From assembly GCA_041603795.1 (NCBI GenBank), contig JBFIDQ010000001.1:1-42211 (forward strand): DNA of 42,211 nt. The letters are read 5' to 3'. The notes under the pieces are model-generated. The model searched no databases and was not told the origin of the DNA. It was given only the letters and a program-made list of their open reading frames with translations. Source of the DNA: Chlamydiales bacterium (GTDB taxonomy: Bacteria > Chlamydiota > Chlamydiia > Chlamydiales > JBFIDQ01). The position numbers were made by a program, and so were the translations under genes. Below, piece after piece: positions 1 to 6,756 of this stretch (position 1 is the stretch's first letter; every line of letters starts with the position of its first letter).

Positions 1-1
1 C

Positions 2-238
2 CTTGTACTTGTCGCGCTCGGCTATCAGGTCTTTCCAGTCCGTTCTCATTGCGCCGTGTTGTGCTGCGACTAACTTATTGAGCCCTTCGTTCTCGGCTTG
101 CAGGGCGCGCATGTGTTTACGAATATCGTGCATAAGTTCTGCATACTCTGGGTGCGTTGAAATCGATGCAGATTCCTCGTCCATAAGGATTTTTACGAGC
201 CGATCCGTCTCATCGCTCGCCGGGGTTGGGGTGGTCAT
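2..238 (-). CDS. hypothetical protein, N-terminal part (ORF leaves the window at the left edge)
   Basis: ATG at 238-236 (MTTPTPASDETDRLVKILMDEE...AERDKYK) is open to position 2 with no stop. The start overlaps the stop of the upstream small ORF as ATGA. It is missing from the ORF track because it is truncated. The + strand ORF 3..272 is its antisense shadow. Confidence 0.5.
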   Translation of the reverse strand, partial: MTTPTPASDETDRLVKILMDEESASISTHPEYAELMHDIRKHMRALQAENEGLNKLVAAQHGAMRTDWKDLIAERDKYK

Positions 239-378
239 TGTTGGCAATCCTTCACGTCATCCGCGTGCCTGACACATGCGGAATACTCCTCGCACGAGAC
301 CACTGTGAGGATGAAGAAAACTAGTACTACGGCAAATAGCGTGGTCAATGCTGTCATAACCCATTCTTGTGTGGTCAT
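235..378 (-). CDS. small membrane protein (47 aa)
   Basis: My own translation gives MTTQEWVMTALTTLFAVVLVFFILTVVSCEEYSACVRHADDVKDCQQ. It has one hydrophobic helix, an AGGAGA Shine-Dalgarno a few nt upstream of the ATG at 378, and a stop overlapping the next ATG. It falls below the track length cutoff. Confidence 0.5.
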   Translation of the reverse strand: MTTQEWVMTALTTLFAVVLVFFILTVVSCEEYSACVRHADDVKDCQQ

Positions 379-395
379 ATCTCTCTCCTATTGGC

Positions 396-495
396 GGACT
401 ACTGAACGCGCGGGCCGGGTTCCATACCGGCAGAAACGGTGACGCTGCTTGAGGGAGTGCACTCAGTCTCAAGAGCCGCCGCGCGCCAGTAGTCC
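396..495 (-). other. GC-rich intergenic inverted-repeat element (outer 15-bp stem enclosing two hairpins)
   Basis: 396-404 pairs with 487-495 and 407-412 pairs with 480-485, forming the outer stem. 414-418 GCCGG pairs with 427-431 CCGGC. 444-453 pairs with 468-476 with one bulge. The element fills the 122-nt gap between two minus-strand small genes and ends next to the downstream RBS. Confidence 0.5.
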
Positions 496-500
496 ATTGA

Positions 501-677
501 TCATTCCACTACAGTGCATCTTGCCCTTGGGCTTCTCTCCATATATACCCCGTCAGACATGCGCTGGTAGATCCAACCTGTCTCATGACAGAGATAATTC
601 GGCGGGGCTTTGCTGATATAATCCACAGCATAGACCCCGCAAGCAATAAGCAAAAGCACTATCAAGTTACTGTTCAT
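501..677 (-). CDS. putative small lipoprotein or secreted protein (58 aa)
   Basis: My own translation gives MNSNLIVLLLIACGVYAVDYISK...RCTVVE. It has a hydrophobic N-terminus with an L-I-A-C lipobox-like motif. No clear SD is present. It lies 31 nt downstream of the HNH gene on the same strand. Confidence 0.4.
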   Translation of the reverse strand: MNSNLIVLLLIACGVYAVDYISKAPPNYLCHETGWIYQRMSDGVYMERSPRARCTVVE

Positions 678-708
678 GGGCGCATTATAACATAATCAAT
701 TGGAGATG

Positions 709-1125
709 TCAAGCACTATCAATGTCGTAATTAAGACTCATTCTATGCGCAACCGCATCAAGGAGATTATCGAACCAACCATAATGCTTATCTTGTACTC
801 GAACTTGCCACCTTCCAGATTTTTTACTGTAACTTACCCCCACAACGCCAGATTTATTGTCTTTACGCAGCCCTCTATTTATTGTGTTAAGACCTCTTGT
901 GGCGAATCTTAAATTGGATTTTCTATTGTCTTTTTTATCCCTATTAATGTGATCGATCTCAGTACCTTCAGCGGCGCCCATAATTAACCTGTGCATGAGA
1001 ATTCCCCGCCCTGTCGGCTCTTTGTGTTTTTTCCTAGCTTTTGTTCTAAGATACCCCTCGCTAGTCTCATGCCACGTATATGAACCAACAAGTTCCTCAT
1101 CCTCTTTATCGACTAAATACTTCAC
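709..1125 (-). CDS. HNH homing endonuclease with AP2-type DNA-binding domain
   Basis: HNH core is EIDHINRDKKDNRKSNL. The AP2-like segment is SGVVGVSYSKKSGRWQVRVQDKHYGWFD. The start overlaps the RNR stop by 4 nt. Confidence 0.8.
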   Translation of the reverse strand: MKYLVDKEDEELVGSYTWHETSEGYLRTKARKKHKEPTGRGILMHRLIMGAAEGTEIDHINRDKKDNRKSNLRFATRGLNTINRGLRKDNKSGVVGVSYSKKSGRWQVRVQDKHYGWFDNLLDAVAHRMSLNYDIDSA

Positions 1126-3731
1126 GAGCTGCAGGCCCCTCCTTTACCGGCTATCGAGCAAATTTCGTGCTCTGCGTATTCTACGCCTTGATGCTTTACA
1201 GCTTCTTCGTAGGGAATCTCTGTTATAGGTTGACCGCCCCTGCTGCCATCCGGATAGGCCGTAAACCCCCTAATTTTAGGCGCGTACTTGCCAAGTATTG
1301 CAGCAAATTCTTTAACCCTTCCTTCGTTGTTGCTTTTGCTGCCCCATTCGGCAAGATTGATAGTGCTGGAGATAGCCATATCCACATACTCTTGCACCTC
1401 TGCCTGGAACTTGATCCGCTTCTCAAAGTCCTCGGACAGGGTAACGGACGTTTCGATTTCATCTGGTTTAATCCCTAGTTCTTCTACCAAGTATCTGGCA
1501 GTAGCATCCACAACAAACTGATACTTCCACTTTGTTCCGTCAACAAGATAGCGACGTTTGTATGCTTTATAGATGACAGGCTCTATTCCCGATGTTGTTT
1601 GCGCGAGGATAGATATTGATCCTGTTGGCGCAATTGCTCGATAAGCGATGGGTCGCGAGCATCCCACCCAGTCAGCCAAGTCATTAGCACCTCTCTCTGA
1701 GCCGGATTCATAGACCTCCAGCCACTTTTTGAGTTCGGGTGTAACCGTGTAGTCACTTCCTCGTTTGAGCAGCCATTCGTGGATACCCATAAGTCCAAGC
1801 CCAAGCCGACGGTTCTTTGCCCGGACGTCATACACTTTCTGGTAAGGCAAATCTGCTCTAAGGGTTCCGCAGATGAGGAACTTACTGGCGAGGTTGACAA
1901 CCGTTTCAAATTCTTCCAGGTCATCAATAGCACTGAGGTTAACAGACGCAAGGTTGCATACATCAGAGTCATCCTCTGATGTAACCTCTGTACAGTTTGA
2001 AACGATAACCCCTTCAGCCATAAAAGCATGTTCTTCTACCCCAACATCGCAACAAAAAACATCAGAAAATCCATAATCCTGAACGCTAATGACCTTAACG
2101 GCTGCTTTTCTGTACGGTATGCAGTGCCTGATCTTTAGTCTTGCAGTTGGAATAATTTCTGAGAATCTGTTTACGAATTCAGTGTAAACCGTCAAGGTGT
2201 ATCCTTGAAGGTTTCCATAAGAAGATATGCCAGACGTAGAAATTCCAGAAAGAATCCCTACCTGCTCCAGCAGTCTGCGCACCCCACACAAGAAGTCATA
2301 ATTCTTATTTGATAATCTAACCCTGTTTTGCTCCTTAAAATAGTTTCCGTCAGCGTCGAACAGCCCAGCAAGGAATGACACTTGTTGTGCAGTACCAGAT
2401 AAATATAAATCATCAGGAAATAAGACTTTACTTCTGTTTGATAACAACTTATCGTTGATAGTATATACTCTAGTATAGCCCCTTGAATCATTTGCTGTAA
2501 CAGAAGAAAGCATTGACTTATCAAAATTGTTCAAGCATTGCTTACTTTCTTGCGTGCAAAATGTAACTTCGGCGCGAGGATATTTTTTACTAAAACTTCC
2601 ATCACCATATATGTACCCAAGAGTGTAATAATCCTCTGTCAAAAATGAATCAATTTCCTCACACAATGATATTTTTAGTGAGTCTCCAGTGACAAGATCC
2701 TTCGCGGAGACTTTTTCATCGCTAGAAAGAAAGAATTCGTGCTCTGGATCCGCTACTATCTCCCTTCCACCCGACATCAGCACTCGAAGGACTGGAACGT
2801 GCTCCCCAGTGCGTTTAAATACAGTCTTGGCCCACTGCTTTCCAGTCCATACCTTAACGGTTTCGCCAACAATATCCTTTATTTGTCTGTAGCCGTCAAG
2901 AGTAAAAACATACGTCTCTGGCCCAAGAGGGGCGTTACGAAGCGTTTCATTCTGCTTGTCACCAAAGTTAAAAGAGAATCCAGGCTCCCCGGTCATCATA
3001 GCCTGCTTGCAGTTCTCCATGAAGATCTCATCTGTGTGCGGAGACATCATGTCACGCCACGCATCATCATAGTTCACAGATATATTAGTATGATCTAATG
3101 GAGCAGGGAAGTTAAAGTCTGTCTGCTTAACATCCCATAGGTTAAGACCACTGTCTCCTACCGGGTGATCCTTCCAGTTTTTTATTCTGAGGAAGTCCCG
3201 AATATCTCCGTGCTGCCAGTTAAGTGATGCGTAAATTGCGCTTCTGCGAGACCCGCCCTGCATAACGTTTCGGCCAATTTCATTGACTGAACACATGAGA
3301 GGGAGCGGCCCGGAGCTAAGTCCACCAGTTCTGGACAGAGTGACACCGCCTTCTCGTAGGATGGAATAGTCAGTTCCAATTCCACCGCCAGACATGAGAC
3401 AATCGGAAGATACTCTGGCAATCCTTCCCCATTCTTCACGGGTATCCTCTTCCGCTTTAAGTAGGTAACAATTGTTCCAATAATGTGCGTCCCGTCCTGC
3501 GTAGTAGAGATATCTTCCACCTGGAATAAACTTTCTCTGATAAATAAGCTCAACGATTTCGTCTCTGTCCCCTTGGGACATGAGCGGATCGCTACGCCCG
3601 TTAAATGTTCCGCATACGTCGTCGACCAGTCGGTTGGCAAGGTTCCACCATGTATCATTGTTCCCTTGGGCGTACTTGTTGTAGAAGATGGACTCCGCGA
3701 ACTCGTTTCGGAAGTTGTTTTTTCTTGACAT
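1122..3731 (-). CDS. nrdJ: class II (adenosylcobalamin-type) ribonucleotide reductase, interrupted by an intein
   Basis: The N-terminal region reads FIPGGRYLYYAGR...CLMSGGGIGTDYS...GGSRRSAIYASL. After removing residues 268-579 the active site reads LRNA-CTEV, matching the N-x-C-x-E motif, followed by VCNLASVNL. An AGGAGA-like RBS (GGAGAAATGAAAGA) precedes the ATG. Confidence 0.9.
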   Translation of the reverse strand: MSRKNNFRNEFAESIFYNKYAQGNNDTWWNLANRLVDDVCGTFNGRSDPLMSQGDRDEIVELIYQRKFIPGGRYLYYAGRDAHYWNNCYLLKAEEDTREEWGRIARVSSDCLMSGGGIGTDYSILREGGVTLSRTGGLSSGPLPLMCSVNEIGRNVMQGGSRRSAIYASLNWQHGDIRDFLRIKNWKDHPVGDSGLNLWDVKQTDFNFPAPLDHTNISVNYDDAWRDMMSPHTDEIFMENCKQAMMTGEPGFSFNFGDKQNETLRNAPLGPETYVFTLDGYRQIKDIVGETVKVWTGKQWAKTVFKRTGEHVPVLRVLMSGGREIVADPEHEFFLSSDEKVSAKDLVTGDSLKISLCEEIDSFLTEDYYTLGYIYGDGSFSKKYPRAEVTFCTQESKQCLNNFDKSMLSSVTANDSRGYTRVYTINDKLLSNRSKVLFPDDLYLSGTAQQVSFLAGLFDADGNYFKEQNRVRLSNKNYDFLCGVRRLLEQVGILSGISTSGISSYGNLQGYTLTVYTEFVNRFSEIIPTARLKIRHCIPYRKAAVKVISVQDYGFSDVFCCDVGVEEHAFMAEGVIVSNCTEVTSEDDSDVCNLASVNLSAIDDLEEFETVVNLASKFLICGTLRADLPYQKVYDVRAKNRRLGLGLMGIHEWLLKRGSDYTVTPELKKWLEVYESGSERGANDLADWVGCSRPIAYRAIAPTGSISILAQTTSGIEPVIYKAYKRRYLVDGTKWKYQFVVDATARYLVEELGIKPDEIETSVTLSEDFEKRIKFQAEVQEYVDMAISSTINLAEWGSKSNNEGRVKEFAAILGKYAPKIRGFTAYPDGSRGGQPITEIPYEEAVKHQGVEYAEHEICSIAGKGGACSS
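1995..2930 (-). mobile_element. intein (312 aa) with LAGLIDADG homing-endonuclease domain, inserted immediately before the catalytic Cys of NrdJ
   Basis: Block A-like PLGPETYVFTLDG. Two LAGLIDADG motifs, LGYIYGDGS and LAGLFDADGN. Block F/G reads DVFCCDVGVEEHAFMAEGVIVSN followed by Cys+1. Boundaries come from restoring the extein N-x-C-x-E motif. Confidence 0.85.
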
Positions 3732-3784
3732 TCTTTCATTTCTCCGATCTCAATTTTATTTCGAGCTTTTGAAAAAATCAAATT

Positions 3785-4042
3785 TCAAATGGGTTCCCAG
3801 CTAAGAACGGTTTTAGCCACTTGGGTAACTTCAAAAACATCTACTTCGTCCATACCTTCCCAAGGGCTTTCGTCTTGGCATTCTGTCGCTCCAACAGAAT
3901 AATACGCCTGATAATGTTTGTCGTTATATTTGAATATGATCTCATGTATAATAGACCACCGAGAGTTATCTACAATATTATTTTGTACAATATCTTTGCG
4001 GTTCTCAAGAATGCCCGTCATTATTTCTTTCGGTATTTTCAT
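3785..4042 (-). CDS. hypothetical protein
   Basis: 85-aa ORF in the leftward operon. Its start overlaps the stop of the upstream ORF (4039..4275) by 4 nt. Confidence 0.6.
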   Translation of the reverse strand: MKIPKEIMTGILENRKDIVQNNIVDNSRWSIIHEIIFKYNDKHYQAYYSVGATECQDESPWEGMDEVDVFEVTQVAKTVLSWEPI

Positions 4043-4275
4043 ATTTCTCTCCTGATCTTAGCCATTTCATCCGACTTAAGCAGCGCCCTCTCTTTAGTGG
4101 TGAATATGCCTCCGGATCGTGGAGCTATCCACAATGCACGCATTTCATCATGGGATAGCTCCTGCCAGTACATTAAAGCATCATGCAGGTTACCGTCCTT
4201 GAGGGATTCCTTGATAGCAAAGACCGTATCAAAGTTCTCCCTCAGGACTTCGTTATGCCGCAGTAGGCGGTCCAC
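4039..4275 (-). CDS. hypothetical protein
   Basis: 78-aa ORF that abuts the upstream ORF with no gap. Confidence 0.6.
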   Translation of the reverse strand: MDRLLRHNEVLRENFDTVFAIKESLKDGNLHDALMYWQELSHDEMRALWIAPRSGGIFTTKERALLKSDEMAKIRREI

Positions 4276-4515
4276 CTAACGACTCTTTGATCGCTGCCTT
4301 AGTATATCACAAGCCTCATCAAAGCCGTTTTCTATAAATGAATGATCAACAATCTCTGCACCACCTATGCATCTAAAAGCTTCCAATCCTCCATCCAAGT
4401 ATTCAGAGGTTTCATCAAAGCAGTCTTCAACAGGGCAGACAAACTCTATTGTGTAGACCCTGCACTGCGGATGCGGATCCGGTATATACTTATAGTCTTT
4501 TATATTCTTTCTCAT
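4276..4515 (-). CDS. hypothetical protein
   Basis: The track ORF is 4276..4536. I prefer the internal ATG at 4515 ([10 protein letters not shown]...) because it forms an ATGA overlap with the methyltransferase stop. Confidence 0.55.
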   Translation of the reverse strand: MRKNIKDYKYIPDPHPQCRVYTIEFVCPVEDCFDETSEYLDGGLEAFRCIGGAEIVDHSFIENGFDEACDILRQRSKSR

Positions 4516-5045
4516 GCTGCTTCCGGTCCTCCCCATGTCCTCATATCTGTATATGCGAGAAGGGGTGTAGCAGAGATACGTGGGCGATCAGTAAACAACA
4601 CCACCATAGACCCTCGCGGATTGCCAGGCATAGGGCTACCATCGGGACGCAGGAAGCTTATACGGGGAAAGATGTACTCTATTGAATAGGCTGTGTCGCA
4701 TACCAACTTACCCCAAAACTCTCCATTTATTGTAGGGATTAACATGACGGTCTCGAAGCCTTTCCCGGCCTGAATATGTGCCTTGTTAATCCAGGGTTCA
4801 ATGTTACTATAGGGAGGATTGCACCACCCCCTTTCTCCAAACACGATCCAGTCTTTGGAAAGTGAATCATTCCATTTGTCTATGAACTTCTCACACTTGG
4901 CATTCTGACTGTCTGCTGCAAGGTCTACATCAAAAGGTCCGTATGCAAACCTGCAATATTGGAAGACATGATCCGGCGTCCTTGCCGAATCACGTTCGTT
5001 TACTGGCGTTGTGCTTTCATTGATCAAAACGATCCTCCTAGGCAT
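4512..5045 (-). CDS. phage Dam-type DNA N6-adenine methyltransferase
   Basis: [13 protein letters not shown] is followed by WCNPPYS (NPPY catalytic motif) and then MLIP. This layout is typical of the small phage N6-A methylase family. The family name is from memory and was not searched. Confidence 0.8.
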   Translation of the reverse strand: MPRRIVLINESTTPVNERDSARTPDHVFQYCRFAYGPFDVDLAADSQNAKCEKFIDKWNDSLSKDWIVFGERGWCNPPYSNIEPWINKAHIQAGKGFETVMLIPTINGEFWGKLVCDTAYSIEYIFPRISFLRPDGSPMPGNPRGSMVVLFTDRPRISATPLLAYTDMRTWGGPEAA

Positions 5046-5143
5046 TTATTTGGGCGACCATCTTTCATCCCTGAATGGCGGTAGAATTCAGTGAGGGGCT
5101 TTTCAGCCCCGCACTTGAAGCATGTTTTTATCGAGGTTGTCAT
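5024..5143 (-). CDS. possible 39-aa zinc-ribbon fragment ORF
   Basis: My own translation gives [39 protein letters not shown]. The start forms ATGA with the stop of the upstream gene. The 3' end overlaps the methyltransferase start by 22 nt in another frame. Confidence 0.3.
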   Translation of the reverse strand: MTTSIKTCFKCGAEKPLTEFYRHSGMKDGRPNKCLGGSF

Positions 5144-5517
5144 GCAGCCTCCCGGTTAAAAGGTATGTCTTCTGCTTCTGCGGACTGACTGACGCCATCG
5201 ATGTGGAACATGTACTGTCCTGCAAACTGACCGTTGGCGATCTTCTCAGTACGGACAGTCACCTGCTGGCCGATCCATTCGTCACAGTCAGCGCCAAGGG
5301 CGTCCTTCAGGCGACCATAGTTGGTGTTGTTCAGGACAATGCCAGCTTCCTTGCCCTCGAAGTTCAGGCAGCACTTGATAACCGGATCCTCGCCTTCTTT
5401 GGCAAAGTTCGTTCCACAATGAGACCGGATGGTCAGAACGGCGGACGTTCCCGCAGGCCAGTCTTTAGCCTTGAGCCAGTCAGAGTCACTGGAGTAGTTT
5501 TGATCGTAATTGGACAT
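5140..5517 (-). CDS. hypothetical protein, possibly OB-fold ssDNA-binding-like
   Basis: The track ORF is 5140..5544. The ATG at 5517 has GAGG 8 nt upstream. The acidic segment SAEAEDIPF near the C-terminus resembles the SSB tail (DDDIPF) but is followed by 5 more residues. Confidence 0.55.
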   Translation of the reverse strand: MSNYDQNYSSDSDWLKAKDWPAGTSAVLTIRSHCGTNFAKEGEDPVIKCCLNFEGKEAGIVLNNTNYGRLKDALGADCDEWIGQQVTVRTEKIANGQFAGQYMFHIDGVSQSAEAEDIPFNREAA

Positions 5518-5611
5518 AGTTTGTACCTCGTTAAGTTTAACCATTCCTGATAATCAGGGTCATAAGCAGCTTCCAACTGCTCTAATTTATCTAGCTCCCG
5601 TTTGTAAGACA

Positions 5612-5815
5612 TTATAACTCGTAGTAAATATGATTAGTAATACTGTCAGCCAGGATGGATTTAACTGCCTTGCCTATGTCCTCATCCGAATTGTAGTACC
5701 TCGATGAGACAATAGCAATAATCTCTGGCCCTAGCTCTAGCTGAACGGAGAAACAGATCTCATCCTCAACGTCCTGCTTGGATAGCTTGTTTAATATGTC
5801 GTCGAATGAAACCAT
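5612..5815 (-). CDS. hypothetical protein
   Basis: The track ORF is 5612..5845. The internal ATG at 5815 (MVSFDDILNK...) is preceded by AAGGAG. Confidence 0.6.
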   Translation of the reverse strand: MVSFDDILNKLSKQDVEDEICFSVQLELGPEIIAIVSSRYYNSDEDIGKAVKSILADSITNHIYYEL

Positions 5816-5860
5816 TTTTTCTCCTTGTTGGGCGTAGTATAACACAAATGAACCTGGATG

Positions 5861-6301
5861 TCAAGACCTAATAGCTATTATTTTCTTAAGGAATTCAAGT
5901 CTTGCTAGGCACTCAGACACATTGGCATCCCCTGAGTAATTATTAAAGAAGTATTCGACTGCTCTGTTGTAAGAAGGCCACCACTGGCAGCCAGCTTGGT
6001 AGATCCAGTCATCGCCATCCTGCCAAGCAAAAAACTGGAATGAACGGCCGTCACTACCACCGTCTACAAGGATAGTTGATGTTATATCAGCCCTGTAAAG
6101 ATGAGCGCCCCTAAAATCTGCAAAATCAAGACGGGCCTTATGCAAATTTGTCCGGGTCATGTACGCATCATGAAATGTAGCGCCCTCAAGATTCGCCTTG
6201 TAAAACGATACATCTGTAAGAATACATCCAGAAAAGTCTGCTAAGGCCAACGAAGCGGACGAGAAATCAACGCCAGCAAGGTCTTGCCCTGAATAGTTCA
6301 T
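5861..6301 (-). CDS. pentapeptide-repeat protein with non-repeat C-terminal domain
   Basis: Contiguous A(D/N)LXX-type pentapeptides are visible (DLAGVDFSSASLALADFSGCILTDVSFYKANLEGATFHDAYMTRTNLHKARLDFADFRGAHLYRADIT). The ATG at 6301 is preceded by GGAGG. It is the first gene downstream of the leftward promoter. Confidence 0.8.
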   Translation of the reverse strand: MNYSGQDLAGVDFSSASLALADFSGCILTDVSFYKANLEGATFHDAYMTRTNLHKARLDFADFRGAHLYRADITSTILVDGGSDGRSFQFFAWQDGDDWIYQAGCQWWPSYNRAVEYFFNNYSGDANVSECLARLEFLKKIIAIRS

Positions 6302-6321
6302 AATACCTCCATTGCCAAACA

Positions 6322-6350
6322 AGTATAACACAACATGTACCATTTGTCAA
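6322..6350 (-). promoter_or_regulatory. sigma70-type promoter (leftward early operon)
   Basis: The minus strand reads TTGACA, a 17-nt spacer, then TATACT, with TGT immediately upstream of the -10. It lies 20 nt upstream of the pentapeptide-repeat gene ATG. Confidence 0.7.
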
Positions 6351-6394
6351 GTAGTAAAGCGATCTTTATTATAGAGACCAAGAGTAAATAAGAC

Positions 6395-6423
6395 TTGACT
6401 TTTGAGTCCAGTTGTGTTATAGT
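6395..6423 (+). promoter_or_regulatory. sigma70-type promoter P1 (rightward)
   Basis: TTGACT (6395-6400), a 17-nt spacer, then TATAGT (6418-6423) preceded by TGT. It is a 36-nt near-copy of the P2 region. Confidence 0.7.
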
Positions 6424-6429
6424 AGATAC

Positions 6430-6625
6430 AGAGCATTTGGTCAGCTTTATTGGCTTCAGTCCTGAGCAGCAGACACAGAAAGGGACAAACTAAAACAAAT
6501 CCAAGCTCTGATTACCCCCGTCAACTTGGTCGGTGCCGCAGCCTAGCTGTGTTAGCGTACGTGTTCCGAATCGGTTTCAGCTAGCAGTACCTAGCACCGT
6601 GTAGGGGGGAATCGTGTCTGAATAA
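6430..6625 (+). ncRNA. candidate structured non-coding RNA or long 5' leader between duplicated promoters
   Basis: There is no ATG on the + strand from 6424 to 6756 and no track ORF on either strand. Nested helices are 6470-6476/6614-6620, 6510-6519/6604-6613, 6531-6536/6594-6599 and 6543-6549/6578-6584. Confidence 0.35.
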
Positions 6626-6633
6626 AAAAGTGC

Positions 6634-6662
6634 TTGACATTTGAAGCCAGTTGTGTTATAGT
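6634..6662 (+). promoter_or_regulatory. sigma70-type promoter P2 (rightward early operon)
   Basis: TTGACA (6634-6639), a 17-nt spacer, then TATAGT (6657-6662). The alignment CTTGACaTTTGAagCCAGTTGTGTTATAGTAGcTAC differs from P1 at 4 positions. Confidence 0.7.
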
Positions 6663-6756
6663 AGCTACGTATATTGACAAGTGCAGAGGTTTCTACACGT
6701 TGGAATACTCAGACAGGTTTACTAGTTTCTACCTATCCTACGGCCAAGAGGAAGGC

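Noticed and set aside
3-272. 89-aa + strand ORF at the left edge
   Set aside because: It is antisense to two coupled minus-strand ORFs (2..238 and 235..378) that have an SD and an ATGA junction. Its sequence is Cys/Ser/Arg-rich shadow-frame-like, and it has no RBS.
257-472. 71-aa minus-strand track ORF
   Set aside because: It runs through the GC-rich inverted-repeat element (396-495) and is out of frame with the SD-preceded 47-aa membrane ORF 235..378. It is most likely a by-product of the structured spacer.
1583-3781. Several 66-199 aa ORFs on both strands inside nrdJ (for example 1583..2029, 2739..3098, 3182..3781)
   Set aside because: They are fully nested in, or out of frame with, the 869-aa RNR/intein ORF, whose motifs are unambiguous.
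5442-5612. 57-codon minus-strand ORF starting at 5612 (MSYKRELDKLEQLEAAYDPDYQEW...), coupled by TAATG to the upstream gene
   Set aside because: Its 5' part neatly fills the 5545-5611 gap, but it runs about 100 nt into the SSB-like gene in another frame with a low-complexity tail. I could not decide between a short real peptide, a frameshift and chance, so I did not list it as a feature.
6430-6625. tRNA or tmRNA-like gene between the twin promoters
   Set aside because: GTTCCGAATCGG superficially resembles a T-loop. However, I could not build an acceptor stem, D arm or anticodon arm with correct spacing, so I kept it as a generic structured-RNA candidate.
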